From: Rubripirellula sp.
GTDB lineage: Bacteria > Planctomycetota > Planctomycetia > Pirellulales > Pirellulaceae
Assembly (NCBI GenBank): GCA_965216875.1
Contig: OZ244207.1
Location: 4,864,001-4,928,000, forward strand
Reading direction: 5' to 3'
Length of the DNA: 64,000 nucleotides
The notes beneath the pieces are model-generated. The model was given only the letters and a program-made list of their open reading frames with translations. It did no database searches and was not told the DNA's origin. This document shows, in pieces, positions 37,260 through 48,960 of this stretch (within the stretch, counting starts at the first letter, position 1; every line of letters starts with the position of its first letter). Position numbers and translations under genes: made by a program.

Positions 37260-40200
37260 TTAGTCCTTGCGAACGACGGCCAACCAATCTTCGTTTGCGT
37301 CGGCTGGTGGCTGCCCAAGATCGACGCTGCCGCCACCTGAAACGCGAGCGACCGATCCGTTTTGCAAGTCGCCACCCGATCGCGGATTGAACCAGCGAAC
37401 GGAAAACTCGCCCTTGGCACCCGAAAGATCCAACTTCGACGCTCCGCCTTCGGGGAGGTAGACCAGGTAGGTGTCATCCGGTTTTGCAAAGCAGAACTTC
37501 CCAGCATGATGCTCGGGATTGCCAACCAGAGCATCCGCATTGGTCATTTCCCAGAAGGGAACTTCGTTGTCGTGGAAGAAGCCAATTGCGATTCGGCAGT
37601 AGTCCCAACTTTGATCACGACTGCGCCAGTCTTGGCAAACGATGTCGTTCTCGGCGAACTTGTAGCCAAAGTAGTACTCGTTGCCTGCACCACCGGCCAT
37701 CAACGTTCCCCACAACGTCTTCTTTCGAACATCGTGTTGCGTGTGAGCCATCTTGCCGTCGGCATCGCGACCATCAAATCCGCGGTAGCCAAGGTCAGGA
37801 CATTGCGCGTGGGCGGCGCTTCCCGATTCATCAAAGGCAACCACCCAAGGCCGGCCCGCTTCCGCGGATGCCTTGACCCATTTAAGGGTGTGAGCGTGAG
37901 TGGTGCCGAGGCTGCTGTTTTGCAACGATGCCCCGGTCAGCTTTGAACGATCGCCGAGCAACTTCGAATACACCTTGTCCTGCTGGTCCGGGTAGGTGTG
38001 AATGACGATGTTGTGCCCATACGAATCGACGTCATCGATGTAGTCGATCATTGCGATCTGTTGCTCGGTCGATTGAGTGTTCTCTTCGCCGAGGTTCCAG
38101 TTGAGCGCCAGGTTGTGGCCGAAGCGTGCGATCAGTTCGCGACAATAAAGTTTGCGTTGCGGACCAAGGTTGCCTCCATCCAAACACTCCGGCACTCCGG
38201 TAAAGCCACCCCGGTGACCTTTCTTGTGGTCGTCGTTTTCGGTCTCTTGCATTTTGAAGTGCAAGTACATTCCTTTTGCTGTGCCGTGATCAAAGACGAT
38301 GCCCCACTGATCGAGCTTGCTGCAGTCGTAGTGCATCTTGTCGTCGCGGTGAATGAACGGCCAAACGTTGTCGCCATCGCCGCCAGCGTTGTAGGTCAAG
38401 AAGGAAAACGCGTTACAACCTTTTCCTGACAGGTAGTTGATCGCGCCAATCAATCCCTTGCCTTTCCCGCCGGCCCAAGTTGGATCGCCCGATGTCCAAT
38501 CCTTGACGTGGGGCGCCCAGGTCTTGATCGGGGCTTTCTTGGGGCTGCCAGCGATCGTGTTGTCAAAGTCTTTGAACGCGAGCAACGTTTCGGGTGCATC
38601 GGCACCGACTTTCAAAAAGTACTTTTTCGTTCCGGCGAATTGCAGGTAGTGCTTACCAACATATTGAAGCCGTCCGTGGCCTCGGAAGTCACGTCCTTGT
38701 TTGTCACTTGCTGCGATTTCGATCGATCCACTCGCGCCATCGAACTTCGCCAACGGTGCCGATTTTGCATCATGATCAAGAGCAGCGTCCTTACCGGCCG
38801 CGAACGAAACTTTGTAAGACCACTTACCGGTGCGGTCAGGGGCGAAGTGAGCACGCCAAACCGTTCCCGATTCGGCACCTGAATTTCCAGCGTCGCCATC
38901 GGCGGCGAAGTAGCCAGGAATCGAGTACTCAGTCCCGTCGGAGTGTTTGAAGTTGACCGTCATCGCATAGTCGGTGAACGGGTTGGGCTTGTTGTCTTTT
39001 TCGTGGGCGTAGGGCCCGGCAAGATCAAGCGTGACTTTGTGCCATTGCTTGGTTTCACCGCTGATCGAAACCGATCCATCACCATCGGCTTGACGAGGCT
39101 GTTGGAGCGGGTCGCTACTGACCGGACGCGTGGGACTCGACTTGGGTGCAGCCGATGCACTGTGGACCGGCTCGGGCTGAGCGGCCATACGAGCCAAAAT
39201 GGGGCCGAGTGCCTTGGTGGTAGCTTGGTCAGCGGGAGCAAACGCGATGGCGCTCCAACGGGCGCGACTGTACTCCTTGCCATCCTTGCTGCCGATGCTC
39301 GACGAGACTTTGATCTGAGCTCCCTCGGTCACACTGATGTTTTTCCAAGTCTTGTGGTACTTGGCTCCTTCCTCAAACATCGCGTGTGAAAGGGGCGCGG
39401 TGTGCTCGCCAAGTTTGTCATCGTCGATCATGACGGCGTACGACGACTGACCATCGTTCTCACCGACGGCCTTGAGCGTGATGTTGTATCGTCCCGATGG
39501 GAACGGAAAGGTACGTTCGGCGAGCCCTTGGCGATGCTTGTCAGGATGCACTGCGAGCCATTTGCCTTGATCGACGTAGTAGTTGGTCAAACTGCTTTCA
39601 GCAAACATCTTGGCATTCATTTCAACCGATGCAGGAACGCCTTCGGCGGCCGGCGCCGGTGGAGCTGCGACCAACTTGAACGGCTTGGGGGCCTTGCCAC
39701 TACCAACATTCGATGCGGGGCCAACACCGTCAGGGCGAGCGAATTCTCGCTCCGTCGTCATCAGCCATTTATCGAACTCGAACCCGTCTTCACGCATCGA
39801 AAAGTGAATGACGTGACGACCGGGCTCGTCGATGTCGAGATAGATTTTGTAGGGTTCGCCACAGTGGTTCTTGTTGGTGCGTTGCTTACTTTCCCAACGC
39901 CACGTTTTCTTGCCTTGGCACCACTGCAAGCGTTGACCTGTTTCAGGCCACTGGCCGTCGATTCCAACATGCAACCCGTTGTCTTCGCTGCCGGTCGAAT
40001 AGCATCGGACCCAGACGTAATAGCGGCCCGGTGTCTTGATGTTGACGTTGTAATGCAACACCGCCATCTTGCCGGGCTCGGGCGAAAAGTTCACGCCCGT
40101 GATTAGTTTGTCGCCATGCGTGCGGCGCGTGTCGGGCAAGATTTCCACATACGCACCACCACTGGCACCACCAACGTGCGACGGATCACCATCAGGTGTC

Positions 40201-40433
40201 ACGCTCGGGGTCCGATCGGAATGAGTCAGGTAGAAGGCGCGCTTGTCAGTCTTCGTTTGCTTGAAAAAGTGCTCCGCTTCAACTGCCAACAGCCCATCCT
40301 TTTCAGCGAAGACGACATCCTCTCCAACCATCGGTTCCTTAGCAGCGATCGGTCCGGCAAGAAGGCATCCCAGCAAGAGGGATCCAAGGAGTGACGGCAA
40401 GATCCCGGTGGACCGTTGAAGCAAATGAGACAT
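37260..40433 (-). CDS. Secreted DUF5060-domain putative glycoside hydrolase with CBM-like N-terminal modules and C-terminal collagen-binding-like domain
   Basis: AVEAEHF module, NPF...PGYFAADG...WRAHFAPD (DUF5060-like), TIM-barrel-like WNLGEEN and terminal VRWFNPRSG...DWLAVV. Confidence 0.78.
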   Translation of the reverse strand: MSHLLQRSTGILPSLLGSLLLGCLLAGPIAAKEPMVGEDVVFAEKDGLLAVEAEHFFKQTKTDKRAFYLTHSDRTPSVTPDGDPSHVGGASGGAYVEILPDTRRTHGDKLITGVNFSPEPGKMAVLHYNVNIKTPGRYYVWVRCYSTGSEDNGLHVGIDGQWPETGQRLQWCQGKKTWRWESKQRTNKNHCGEPYKIYLDIDEPGRHVIHFSMREDGFEFDKWLMTTEREFARPDGVGPASNVGSGKAPKPFKLVAAPPAPAAEGVPASVEMNAKMFAESSLTNYYVDQGKWLAVHPDKHRQGLAERTFPFPSGRYNITLKAVGENDGQSSYAVMIDDDKLGEHTAPLSHAMFEEGAKYHKTWKNISVTEGAQIKVSSSIGSKDGKEYSRARWSAIAFAPADQATTKALGPILARMAAQPEPVHSASAAPKSSPTRPVSSDPLQQPRQADGDGSVSISGETKQWHKVTLDLAGPYAHEKDNKPNPFTDYAMTVNFKHSDGTEYSIPGYFAADGDAGNSGAESGTVWRAHFAPDRTGKWSYKVSFAAGKDAALDHDAKSAPLAKFDGASGSIEIAASDKQGRDFRGHGRLQYVGKHYLQFAGTKKYFLKVGADAPETLLAFKDFDNTIAGSPKKAPIKTWAPHVKDWTSGDPTWAGGKGKGLIGAINYLSGKGCNAFSFLTYNAGGDGDNVWPFIHRDDKMHYDCSKLDQWGIVFDHGTAKGMYLHFKMQETENDDHKKGHRGGFTGVPECLDGGNLGPQRKLYCRELIARFGHNLALNWNLGEENTQSTEQQIAMIDYIDDVDSYGHNIVIHTYPDQQDKVYSKLLGDRSKLTGASLQNSSLGTTHAHTLKWVKASAEAGRPWVVAFDESGSAAHAQCPDLGYRGFDGRDADGKMAHTQHDVRKKTLWGTLMAGGAGNEYYFGYKFAENDIVCQDWRSRDQSWDYCRIAIGFFHDNEVPFWEMTNADALVGNPEHHAGKFCFAKPDDTYLVYLPEGGASKLDLSGAKGEFSVRWFNPRSGGDLQNGSVARVSGGGSVDLGQPPADANEDWLAVVRKD

Positions 40434-40706
40434 CAGTTCTCTCGTGGAGGGGATGGAAAGGAGACGATTTCAGTCGTGGTGGATGGACGAGCGGAGAGGT
40501 GATCGGGCCAACACAGTAGTCTCGCCTTGACCAACGGACAAAGCCACCAAGGGTTCGCCACCAATTTTCAGCCGAAAGGCGGGCGCCGAATCGGAACCAG
40601 CGATGGGGTGGGCCATGCATGGCGGTGTCACCCTGTCGTCGGGTGACACCGCCCCACACATGAAGAGCTTTCTCAACTCGATTGTGAATTGTAACTGCGA
40701 GTGTCG

Positions 40707-40730
40707 TTCGATAAAATAAAACAAATCGAA
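40707..40730. promoter_or_regulatory. Candidate LysR-type operator
   Basis: TTCGAT-N12-ATCGAA dyad containing T-N11-A, in the AT-rich gap between the divergent lysR and DUF5060 genes. Confidence 0.4.
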
Positions 40731-40806
40731 AACATTGTTTCACCACACTTTACGAACATTTACCGGCCACGCCACCGCTCGCCGCAAAATCCACGCCCCG
40801 CCCGAC

Positions 40807-41697
40807 ATGCCGAGTTCTCCAGAAATCACGATCGCCCAACTCCGCACGTTCCAACAGGTCATCCAGGCTGGTGGCTATGCGGCAGCCGCAAGAACATCAC
40901 ACCTGACCGTCCCGTCGATCTGGCAACACATCCAAGCGCTCGAAAAAGCCTATGACGTGCGTCTTTTCGAGCGAGTCGGACGCCAAGTGGTCCCGACCGA
41001 AGCGGCGGTCAGGCTGCACCAGCAGATCGACCCGTTGTTGGTTCAGCTCGATTCAACCTTCGACACCGTTTCCTCCTCTGCGGGCGGCCAGACCATTCGC
41101 TTGGTCACCGGCGTGCGGATGATGTTGGAAGAACTTGCCGAGCCACTTTCTCGGTTCCGCTCGCGCCACTCCAACCGTTTAGTCATTCGAAACGGCAATG
41201 ACTATCGCGCCGAACAATTGCTGCTGGACGATGAGGCTGACCTCGCACTGACGCTGCAACCCGACCTCAAAGAAACCTCATCGCGGATCCATTACGAACC
41301 GGCCTACACCGTCGAGTTCTTAGCCGCCTGCAAGAAGAACCACCCGTTCGCCAAGTCAAAACAACAAGGCCTGCACGAACTTGCCAAGCACGAGTTAGTT
41401 GTCTCCGCCGAGGGAACGCACGGTCGCGACGCGCTCGATCAGGCGTTTCACCGTGAAGACCTGAAAGCCAATATCGTTGCAGAAACCGACAACAGTGCCT
41501 TCACGATCGCCTGCGTCCGCGCGGGAATGGGCGTCGGAATCGTCGCCGGTCGTATCGAAGGCAACCTGGCACGAAACCTGGCGGTTTGTTCGCTGAGCAA
41601 GCTGCTCGGGCAACGAAAGATCGTGCTGATGTGGCGAAAGGGAAGAACGCTCACGGCTCCCATGCGAGACCTGATCGACGAGATCAAGCGACTCTGA
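40807..41697 (+). CDS. LysR family transcriptional regulator
   Basis: QLRTF...GYAAAARTSHLTVPSIWQHIQALE...LFERVGRQVVPTEA. Start placed at ATG 40807. Confidence 0.93.
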   Translation: MPSSPEITIAQLRTFQQVIQAGGYAAAARTSHLTVPSIWQHIQALEKAYDVRLFERVGRQVVPTEAAVRLHQQIDPLLVQLDSTFDTVSSSAGGQTIRLVTGVRMMLEELAEPLSRFRSRHSNRLVIRNGNDYRAEQLLLDDEADLALTLQPDLKETSSRIHYEPAYTVEFLAACKKNHPFAKSKQQGLHELAKHELVVSAEGTHGRDALDQAFHREDLKANIVAETDNSAFTIACVRAGMGVGIVAGRIEGNLARNLAVCSLSKLLGQRKIVLMWRKGRTLTAPMRDLIDEIKRL

Positions 41698-41870
41698 GCT
41701 GTCGCATGGGAGTTTGCCGGATCCGCGTCGCGGTCACTCCTTGATCCGGCCTACCTGGGTAATTGGACGAAAACCGCATCTTTTTGTTCAAAAAGGTCGG
41801 CAGGCCCTATGGAGGCGGGGAATAGGGCGGTGCAGGGACAGAACCCTTCTCTTTCACCCTAGGAATCGCG

Positions 41871-43130
41871 ATGACACCAAGCCGACGAACTGTCTTGAAA
41901 GGCTTTGGTGGCGCACTTTCGCTCCCCTTTCTCGAATCAGGCGTGACGGCGGCGGCTAGCGACTCGACAGTTCCGACTCGATTCTTGGTGGTGGGTAACC
42001 CGTTTGGAGCTCATCCCGAGCACTTCTTTCCGACCGATTTCGGAAAGGACTTCACGATCTCGCCGACGCTGCGTTCACTCGATTGGCTTAAAGATCGTCT
42101 GACGATCATCTCGCATACCGACCACAACATGGTCAGCGGTCATGGCCGAGAGATTTCCTTTCTGAGTGGTGTGCTGCCAACGCAAGCCGGCGCGTACCCT
42201 GAAAAGAACATGTCGCTTGATCAATTGATGGCGCGACATGTTGGCAGCCAAGTGCGTTACCCGTCGGTGGGCGCTGCACTCGATTCTGGCATCCGCATGA
42301 GCTGGACCGCCAACGGTGTCGAAAAGCATCCGATCACGAACCCACAAGCGCTCTACGATCACCTGTTTCTGAACCTGAGCCAAAAAGAAAAGCAAGCCAA
42401 GCACGAGATGCTGCGTCGCAACGGCAGCATCCTTGATACGGTCGGCGGCCAACTCGCCGCGCAGACAAAAACGTCGTCGCACAACGACCGCCAACGAATC
42501 GATCAATTCCAAACGTCGGTCCGCGAGCTGGAGTCGACCCTTTCGAGTCGGATGAACTGGCTGCATCGCGACAAGCCCAATTACAACTACCGCAAGAACT
42601 ACGGCTCATCGGGCGTTGCGATCGAAAACGACTATGACGCAATCTTTGACATGATCGCGTATGCGTTTCAAACCGACCTGACGCGAGTTGCCAGCGTTGA
42701 ATTTCCGGCGACCGTGAAATACGCCGAACTTGATGGCGTCAATCGTAGCTACCACGGCTGCACACATAACGGCAAAAAAGAAAACGTCACCTCCGAATTG
42801 GTTGCGATCGAGACCTTCCAGGTTGATCGCCTGTCGCGTTGCCTTAAGAAGCTCGATGCGATCAAGGAACCGGGCGGTCAAGGCAGCATGCTCGACAACA
42901 CCATCGTGCTTTTTGGTAGCGGCATGGGTTATGGCGGAACGCACTCCAACCGAAACCTTCCTGTCTTCGTGGCCGGGGGTGGGTTCAACCACCGCGGGCA
43001 CGTCGACGCCCGCGATGCGAGCGGTCGAAACATGCCGCTCTGCAATCTTTACGTTTCCTTGATGCAGCGATTCGGCATCGAAAGAGACCACTTCAACACA
43101 AGCACGGGAACATTTGAGCTGACTTCGTGA
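41871..43130 (+). CDS. DUF1552 domain protein (Tat-like signal)
   Basis: SRRTVLKG...LSLPFLES, SLDQ, AFQTDLTRV and MLDNTIVLFGSGM...H...NLP. Confidence 0.9.
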   Translation: MTPSRRTVLKGFGGALSLPFLESGVTAAASDSTVPTRFLVVGNPFGAHPEHFFPTDFGKDFTISPTLRSLDWLKDRLTIISHTDHNMVSGHGREISFLSGVLPTQAGAYPEKNMSLDQLMARHVGSQVRYPSVGAALDSGIRMSWTANGVEKHPITNPQALYDHLFLNLSQKEKQAKHEMLRRNGSILDTVGGQLAAQTKTSSHNDRQRIDQFQTSVRELESTLSSRMNWLHRDKPNYNYRKNYGSSGVAIENDYDAIFDMIAYAFQTDLTRVASVEFPATVKYAELDGVNRSYHGCTHNGKKENVTSELVAIETFQVDRLSRCLKKLDAIKEPGGQGSMLDNTIVLFGSGMGYGGTHSNRNLPVFVAGGGFNHRGHVDARDASGRNMPLCNLYVSLMQRFGIERDHFNTSTGTFELTS

Positions 43131-43227
43131 CCAAGCCGCCACCACAGCTAGTCACGCCACCACAGCTCTGTTCCCCCCTTACATCCCTCCCGTCCGTTCC
43201 TCTCTTCGTTGGCAAACGCTTCGTCTG

Positions 43228-45702
43228 ATGCGAATCCTTTCGATTGCGTCCCTGTTGTGTGCCGCGTTGGTCGTCACATCGGCCACCGCCGATGCGAATC
43301 CGACGCTCATCAAAAAGCACTGCTCGGCATGCCATAACGACGAAGACGCGGAAGGCGATTTCGCGCTCAGCCTTCTTGGTGCTCACCCGACCGACGAAAG
43401 CCTCGAGTTTTGGCTGACTTCTCTCGATCGCGTCACCGCCGATGAAATGCCGCCCGAGGAAGAGAGCCATCTTTCGGCCAAGGAACGGCAGAAAATCATT
43501 GAGTTCTTTAAGGCGCGACTCGCAAAATTCGATGCGAGGCAAATCGAAGCGACACCGACACGGCGTCTGAACAATCGCGAGTTCGAAAACAGTGTGCGTG
43601 ATGCGTTGATGATCGAAGATGTCGGCACGCATCAACCGACCGACAATTTGCTTGGCGATTCACTGCACCACGGCTTCGACACCCACGCCGACACGCTTGG
43701 TTTCAGCAAGTTTCACCTCGAGCAATACATCCTTGCCGTTCGCAAGATTGTCGACGCAACGATTCTGTCCGGACCGCAACCCGAATCGAAACAGCTCGTC
43801 ATCAGTTCGCAAGAGATCCTTTCCGAACACACGCGAGCCAACACGACGCGTCCCGAACGCCGTGGCCTCGCAAAAGGCTTTGACTTTCTTGACCCACGGC
43901 AATTGGCCTATTTCGAGAGCTTCAAAACCGTTCCCGAGTCGGGCTGGTATCGAATCCGAATCAAGTGCACCGGCAAAGACCGCGGCCGCTACAACTGGCG
44001 TGAGACGGGAGTCTACGATGACGACCCCATTCGCATGACCGTCAAGATGGGCAATCGCCAGCGAGTCTTTGAACTACCCGATGAAGAACCGGAAACCATC
44101 GAAGTGGTCGAATGGTTGGCAGCGGGCTCGCGTTTTCGACTGCAACACCCAACCGACGGTTTGAAGATGCGAGGCAACGGCAACTTCAAATTTCAAAATT
44201 CGATCACGGGAAGCTACCTGAAAGAGCATGACCCGAAACGATACCAAACCGTCCTCGCCAAACTGTCGAAAAACAACTCCGTCCGGAAACGGCAACCACT
44301 TGATTGGCACAACTGGGTCGATCACTGGATGGGACCGAGACCACGGATCTACAGTGCCGAAATCGAAGGACCGCGGTATTCGACCTGGCCACCCAAACGA
44401 CAAGTCGAACTGATTGGCCGCGCCCCCAAAGCAGCAAATGCAAAAGCGATTTTAGAACCGATCGCCGAGCGTGCGTGGCGGCGTCCGATCGGCGAGGGCG
44501 AACTCGATCCAATCGTTACGTTGGTGCAGTCGCGTGCAGAGAGCCTCGGTGAAATCGAAGCGATCAAAGAAGGCATCGTTGCCGTGCTTGTTTCACCGCA
44601 GTTCTTGTTGCTGCATCAAGAAGACACAACCAACGGGCAGAAGTTTGCTTCGAAAATCAGCTACTTCTTCGCGAGCACGCTGCCGGACAACTCTCTTCGC
44701 AAAGCCGTCAACGATGGAGAGCTCGATTCGTTTGCCTCTATTCAACGTGAAGTTCATCGCCGTCTCAAATTGCCAGAGTCCGATGCTTTTTTGAAGGCGT
44801 TCCCACACGCCTGGCTTGAGTTGAATGACATCAACTTCATGGCCCCTGATCCGGACCAATATCGGCACTACCACCGAAAAGATGTCAGCGAAGACATGGT
44901 GGCCGAAGTGTTGCATTTCTTTAAGCACGCCGTTGAAAACAACGTCCCCATCCCCGAGCTGTTGTCTGCCGATTACAGCTTCATCAACGCCGACTTGGCC
45001 CAGGTCTACGGGCTCGAAGACGTACCGCTTGATTCGACGTTCCGCAAATACACCTTCACCAACGGTCGACGTGGGGGGCTGCTCGGAATGGGTGCGTTCT
45101 TGACGTCGACCGCTGACAGTCTTTCCACTTCGCCGATTCATCGCGCCGTCTACGTCATGGAGAACTTCCTTGGCATCCACCCCGCGCCACCACCGCCCGA
45201 TGTTGAAATCACCGAACCAGATGTTCGCGAAGCAAAGACCATCAAAGAACTCTTGAATCGGCACCGATCCGATTCAGCCTGTGCGGCTTGCCACCAAACG
45301 ATCGACCCCTTTGGCTACGCCTTTGAGAATTTTGATCCAACCGGCGCCTGGCGTGACGTCTACACCATCGAGAACGTCGCTGAGGCTCCTAGTAGCAAGT
45401 CCAAGAAAAAGCAACGCGCGCCCAAGATGGTCACCATCCCCATCGACGCCAGCGCCAGTTTTTTGAGCGGAGCGGACTACCAAGACATTACCGGCTACCG
45501 ACGCGAACTGCTAAGCGACGCCAATCGTGATCGCTTCGTCCGCTGTTTCATTTCGAAACTGTTGACCTATGCCAATGGCGACGCGCCCGATCCGTCGCAC
45601 TTCGCCGAAATCGACAAGATCGTCGCAAAGTCGAAGGAACACGAATACCGAATCGTTGACACCATCGCAGCGGTCGTCGACAGCCCACTGTTTAGAAACT
45701 AG
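43228..45702 (+). CDS. DUF1587/1592/1588/1585-type planctomycete cytochrome-like protein
   Basis: CSACH...EMPP, RRLNNREFENSVRD, VLVSPQFL, RGGLLG, SPIHR and CAACH..IDP.G. Confidence 0.9.
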   Translation: MRILSIASLLCAALVVTSATADANPTLIKKHCSACHNDEDAEGDFALSLLGAHPTDESLEFWLTSLDRVTADEMPPEEESHLSAKERQKIIEFFKARLAKFDARQIEATPTRRLNNREFENSVRDALMIEDVGTHQPTDNLLGDSLHHGFDTHADTLGFSKFHLEQYILAVRKIVDATILSGPQPESKQLVISSQEILSEHTRANTTRPERRGLAKGFDFLDPRQLAYFESFKTVPESGWYRIRIKCTGKDRGRYNWRETGVYDDDPIRMTVKMGNRQRVFELPDEEPETIEVVEWLAAGSRFRLQHPTDGLKMRGNGNFKFQNSITGSYLKEHDPKRYQTVLAKLSKNNSVRKRQPLDWHNWVDHWMGPRPRIYSAEIEGPRYSTWPPKRQVELIGRAPKAANAKAILEPIAERAWRRPIGEGELDPIVTLVQSRAESLGEIEAIKEGIVAVLVSPQFLLLHQEDTTNGQKFASKISYFFASTLPDNSLRKAVNDGELDSFASIQREVHRRLKLPESDAFLKAFPHAWLELNDINFMAPDPDQYRHYHRKDVSEDMVAEVLHFFKHAVENNVPIPELLSADYSFINADLAQVYGLEDVPLDSTFRKYTFTNGRRGGLLGMGAFLTSTADSLSTSPIHRAVYVMENFLGIHPAPPPPDVEITEPDVREAKTIKELLNRHRSDSACAACHQTIDPFGYAFENFDPTGAWRDVYTIENVAEAPSSKSKKKQRAPKMVTIPIDASASFLSGADYQDITGYRRELLSDANRDRFVRCFISKLLTYANGDAPDPSHFAEIDKIVAKSKEHEYRIVDTIAAVVDSPLFRN

Positions 45703-45767
45703 ACACAGCAGTGCTCATTGCGCCACCACAGCTGCTGTTTTCTTTTTTCGACCGTAGGCATTCACTC

Positions 45768-47312
45768 ATGATCGATCATCGGCCACCGCGTTTCAAATCG
45801 TCTTCGCTGTTTCTCTTTGCTGCGCTCGCACTCACGATTTTTGCCTCGGCGAATCTGGTCGAAACACAGGCCGGTGAGTTCCCCAATGTTGTCATCATCT
45901 ATGCCGATGACATGGGGTTCGGTGACTTGGCCGTTCAAAACGAAGACTCGAAGATCCCGACGCCCAACCTCGATCGTCTGGCGGCTGAAGGGATGCGGTT
46001 TACAGACGCTCATAGTTCATCAGGCATTTGCACGCCAAGCCGCTATGCGTTGCTGACCGGACGTTACCACTGGCGAAAATTCCACAGCATCGTTTCTTCT
46101 TGGGGCGACTCGGTCTTTGCCGAGGAGCGATTGACGTTGCCCGAAATGTTGAAGCAGCGTGGCTATCGAACGGCCTGTATCGGTAAGTGGCACCTTGGTT
46201 TTGACTGGTCCGCGATCCGTAAGCCCGGTGCGAAACCTAAGAAAGAAGGCCGCAGGGTGGTCTGGACGGCGGACGACTTTGATTGGTCCAAGCCGATCCC
46301 AAACGGCCCGCTTGCACACGGCTTTGACGAGTACTTCGGTGACGACGTCCCCAATTTCCCGCCGTACGCGTGGATCGAAAACGATCGCATCGTCGATCCC
46401 CCAACGACCCCATACAAACCGAATCCCATTCCACCTGAAGGCAATCCCGAGGGGCGTCCTGGGCCGATGGTCCAAGGCTGGAAACAGGACGCTGTGATGC
46501 CAACGCTCACCGAGCGTGCATGCCAGTGGATCGAACAGCAAAAAGACTCACAACAACCGTTCTTTCTGTATTGGCCTTGGACGAGCCCTCACGCTCCCAT
46601 CGTGCCAGTTCGTTCATGGCAAGGCAAAACCAAAGGCGGTCCGTACGGAGACTTTGTGGCGCAAAGCGATCATCATGCCGGACAATTGCTTGACGCATTG
46701 GACAAGCATGGATTTCGTGACAACACCATCGTGATCTTCACTTCCGACAACGGCCCAGAGAAGTACGCTTTCGAACGCGTCCGTCAGCGTGACCACAACA
46801 GTTCAGGACCGCTGCGTGGACTCAAACGTGACATTTGGGAAGGCGGACACCGCGTGCCAATGCTGGTTCGTTGGCCGGGCGTGATCCAACCGCAATCGGT
46901 GACGGGTGAATTGATCAGCCAGATCGACATCATGGCAACGCTTGCCGAGGTGATTCAATTTGAACTCCCGCGAGACGCCGCGGAAGACAGTCACAGCCAA
47001 CTTGCGCTCTGGAAAGGCGGCAAGTCCGCTCGCCACTCCATCGTCCACAACACGAAAGCGAATCACTACGCCGTGCGCCAAGGTGATTGGGTTTTGATTG
47101 ATGCCCCAAGCGGAAGTGTGTCTGGCGTTCCTGAGTGGTTCCGAGAACGGAAGGGTTATCCAAAGAACAAGAGCAAGACCGCACTCTATGACCTCAGCAT
47201 AGACATCGGCCAGATGAATAACCTGGCCGATCAAGAAGCTGCAAGAGTCAAACAACTACAAGCACTGTTGGAACGAACCAGGAGCCAAGGGGAAGTGCGC
47301 GGCCGCTTGTAG
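45768..47312 (+). CDS. Arylsulfatase (S1)
   Basis: PNVVIIYADDMG, CTPSRYALLTG, GKWHLG, SDNG and EGGHRVP. Confidence 0.95.
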   Translation: MIDHRPPRFKSSSLFLFAALALTIFASANLVETQAGEFPNVVIIYADDMGFGDLAVQNEDSKIPTPNLDRLAAEGMRFTDAHSSSGICTPSRYALLTGRYHWRKFHSIVSSWGDSVFAEERLTLPEMLKQRGYRTACIGKWHLGFDWSAIRKPGAKPKKEGRRVVWTADDFDWSKPIPNGPLAHGFDEYFGDDVPNFPPYAWIENDRIVDPPTTPYKPNPIPPEGNPEGRPGPMVQGWKQDAVMPTLTERACQWIEQQKDSQQPFFLYWPWTSPHAPIVPVRSWQGKTKGGPYGDFVAQSDHHAGQLLDALDKHGFRDNTIVIFTSDNGPEKYAFERVRQRDHNSSGPLRGLKRDIWEGGHRVPMLVRWPGVIQPQSVTGELISQIDIMATLAEVIQFELPRDAAEDSHSQLALWKGGKSARHSIVHNTKANHYAVRQGDWVLIDAPSGSVSGVPEWFRERKGYPKNKSKTALYDLSIDIGQMNNLADQEAARVKQLQALLERTRSQGEVRGRL

Positions 47313-47500
47313 TCCCGCCTTCTGGCGGAATCCGAGAAGATTCCGGCTAAAGCCGGTACTACGAACGGCAGCTTGTAGAAAACCACAGCGACTCCCGTAG
47401 CTACCTTCGCCAGAAGGTAGATCACCACGCTCTGGCGAGCGTAGCTACGGTGCGTGTAAGGCAGTGCAAGGCCCGACGCTAGCTAGCGCGTTCGGCTCAC
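47309..47500. repeat. REP-like cluster (families B, C and D) between convergent genes
   Basis: Family B at 47309-47362, family C at 47397-47448 and family D at 47470-47500. Confidence 0.85.
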
Positions 47501-47505
47501 TCAGA

Positions 47506-48765
47506 TCACCGTTCTTCGCCAACAACATCGTCTACAGCGAACGAGACGTACATGATTTTGTTGTAACCCTTGGCCGATTTGTCACCTGCTTCGAATAGCA
47601 ATCCGACGCGGTCACCGCCGAGGGGCACCAATCCGCTGTAGGCTGCGGGCCCTTCGTGGATCAGGGCACCGGTTTGCCAGGTCTTCGATTCATCGGTCGA
47701 ATAGCGAATTCGCATATCCGATCGTCCTTGACCACTTGGACCATCACTGTCGGGCCCCGAGAAGAGTAGCAATCCGCCTGGGCCGTAACTCTTCAGCTCT
47801 GGCAATCGCAACACACAGCACTGCACGACAGGTGGATCGAGCGCATCGGCGGCAGGCTTGAAGTACTTGTACTTTGCGCTGTCGGTGACCGCGAAGCTTT
47901 CTCCGCCATCGCGGCTGAACCCTTCCCCGCGAGTTCCGGGGGCGTCGCCGTTTTGATCGCGTGTGTTGAAGTAGATCGAGCCATCGGAAAGTTCGGTGCA
48001 GGTCGTCTCGTTGGCGTTCAAGCCGTCGTCGTACGTTTCGTCCAGTGCACCGATGCGCCAAGACTCGCCGTGATCGTCACTGATGATGGCGTGGGCACCA
48101 AGCTTGCCGCGGTCCTTGCCACGGTCGCCAATGCGATGGTCACACGGCACAACGATCCGCCCGCGGTACTTTGACGACTGCAGTTGAATCGATTGGCAAG
48201 GGCCGGTGGCATACCATCCCCACGCGGGCTTGCGCACATCGTCGGTCAACTCGCGAGCCTTTGACCAAGTCTTGCCGTGGTCGTCGCTGTGGGTCAGGAA
48301 CACGCGATCGTTTTCGACGGTAAAGGGCAACAGAATTCGGTCCGGATGTTCTTTGCTCAAACGATCGACGACCGGCGCAGGATTGCCGACCGAAATACTG
48401 CGTCCTTCTTCATACAAACTGACGTAGTCATCACTTTCGCAAATGATAGAAAGTGGCCCCCAAGTTTTGCCGTCATCGGCGGAGCGTTTCACGACGAGAT
48501 CGATCTCGCTCGCATCGCCACCCGAGCGTGCCTCGCAAAACGCGAGCAGGTCACCATTGCCTGCCTTGATGATCGCGGGAATGCGAAAGTGGTTGTAGCC
48601 TTCCTTGCCATTTTCGAACAACGTCACGGGTGCAAACGAGCGTTGTGCCGTGGGTTGGGCGGCGTTGGAATGCTGTAGCGACAAACTCAACGAGGAAGCA
48701 ACGATTGAAATCAGGGCGAGAGAACGCAGCATCACTTTGACGTCCGATGGGAAGGCGGGAGCCAT
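47506..48765 (-). CDS. Sialidase family protein (GH33)
   Basis: FRIP motif and Asp boxes SADDGKTW, SDDHGKTW, SDDHGESW, SRDGGESF and STDESKTW; AAYS. Confidence 0.92.
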   Translation of the reverse strand: MAPAFPSDVKVMLRSLALISIVASSLSLSLQHSNAAQPTAQRSFAPVTLFENGKEGYNHFRIPAIIKAGNGDLLAFCEARSGGDASEIDLVVKRSADDGKTWGPLSIICESDDYVSLYEEGRSISVGNPAPVVDRLSKEHPDRILLPFTVENDRVFLTHSDDHGKTWSKARELTDDVRKPAWGWYATGPCQSIQLQSSKYRGRIVVPCDHRIGDRGKDRGKLGAHAIISDDHGESWRIGALDETYDDGLNANETTCTELSDGSIYFNTRDQNGDAPGTRGEGFSRDGGESFAVTDSAKYKYFKPAADALDPPVVQCCVLRLPELKSYGPGGLLLFSGPDSDGPSGQGRSDMRIRYSTDESKTWQTGALIHEGPAAYSGLVPLGGDRVGLLFEAGDKSAKGYNKIMYVSFAVDDVVGEER

Positions 48766-48960
48766 TGAGGCGGGACAATTGCCAGGCAGGGCAATGGAGG
48801 GAAGCCCTAGATGATACCTGCAATGGTGCCGACATGTCCTTGCAGCAAGCGGTGGATATCGAGCAAAAATTTGACTTGCGCGCCTTGAACGAACAAGCTA
48901 GACGCCTGGTATCTGTCCACCCTCAACCAATATGCCCAAAGCAAAGCCACCACAAAGCTT

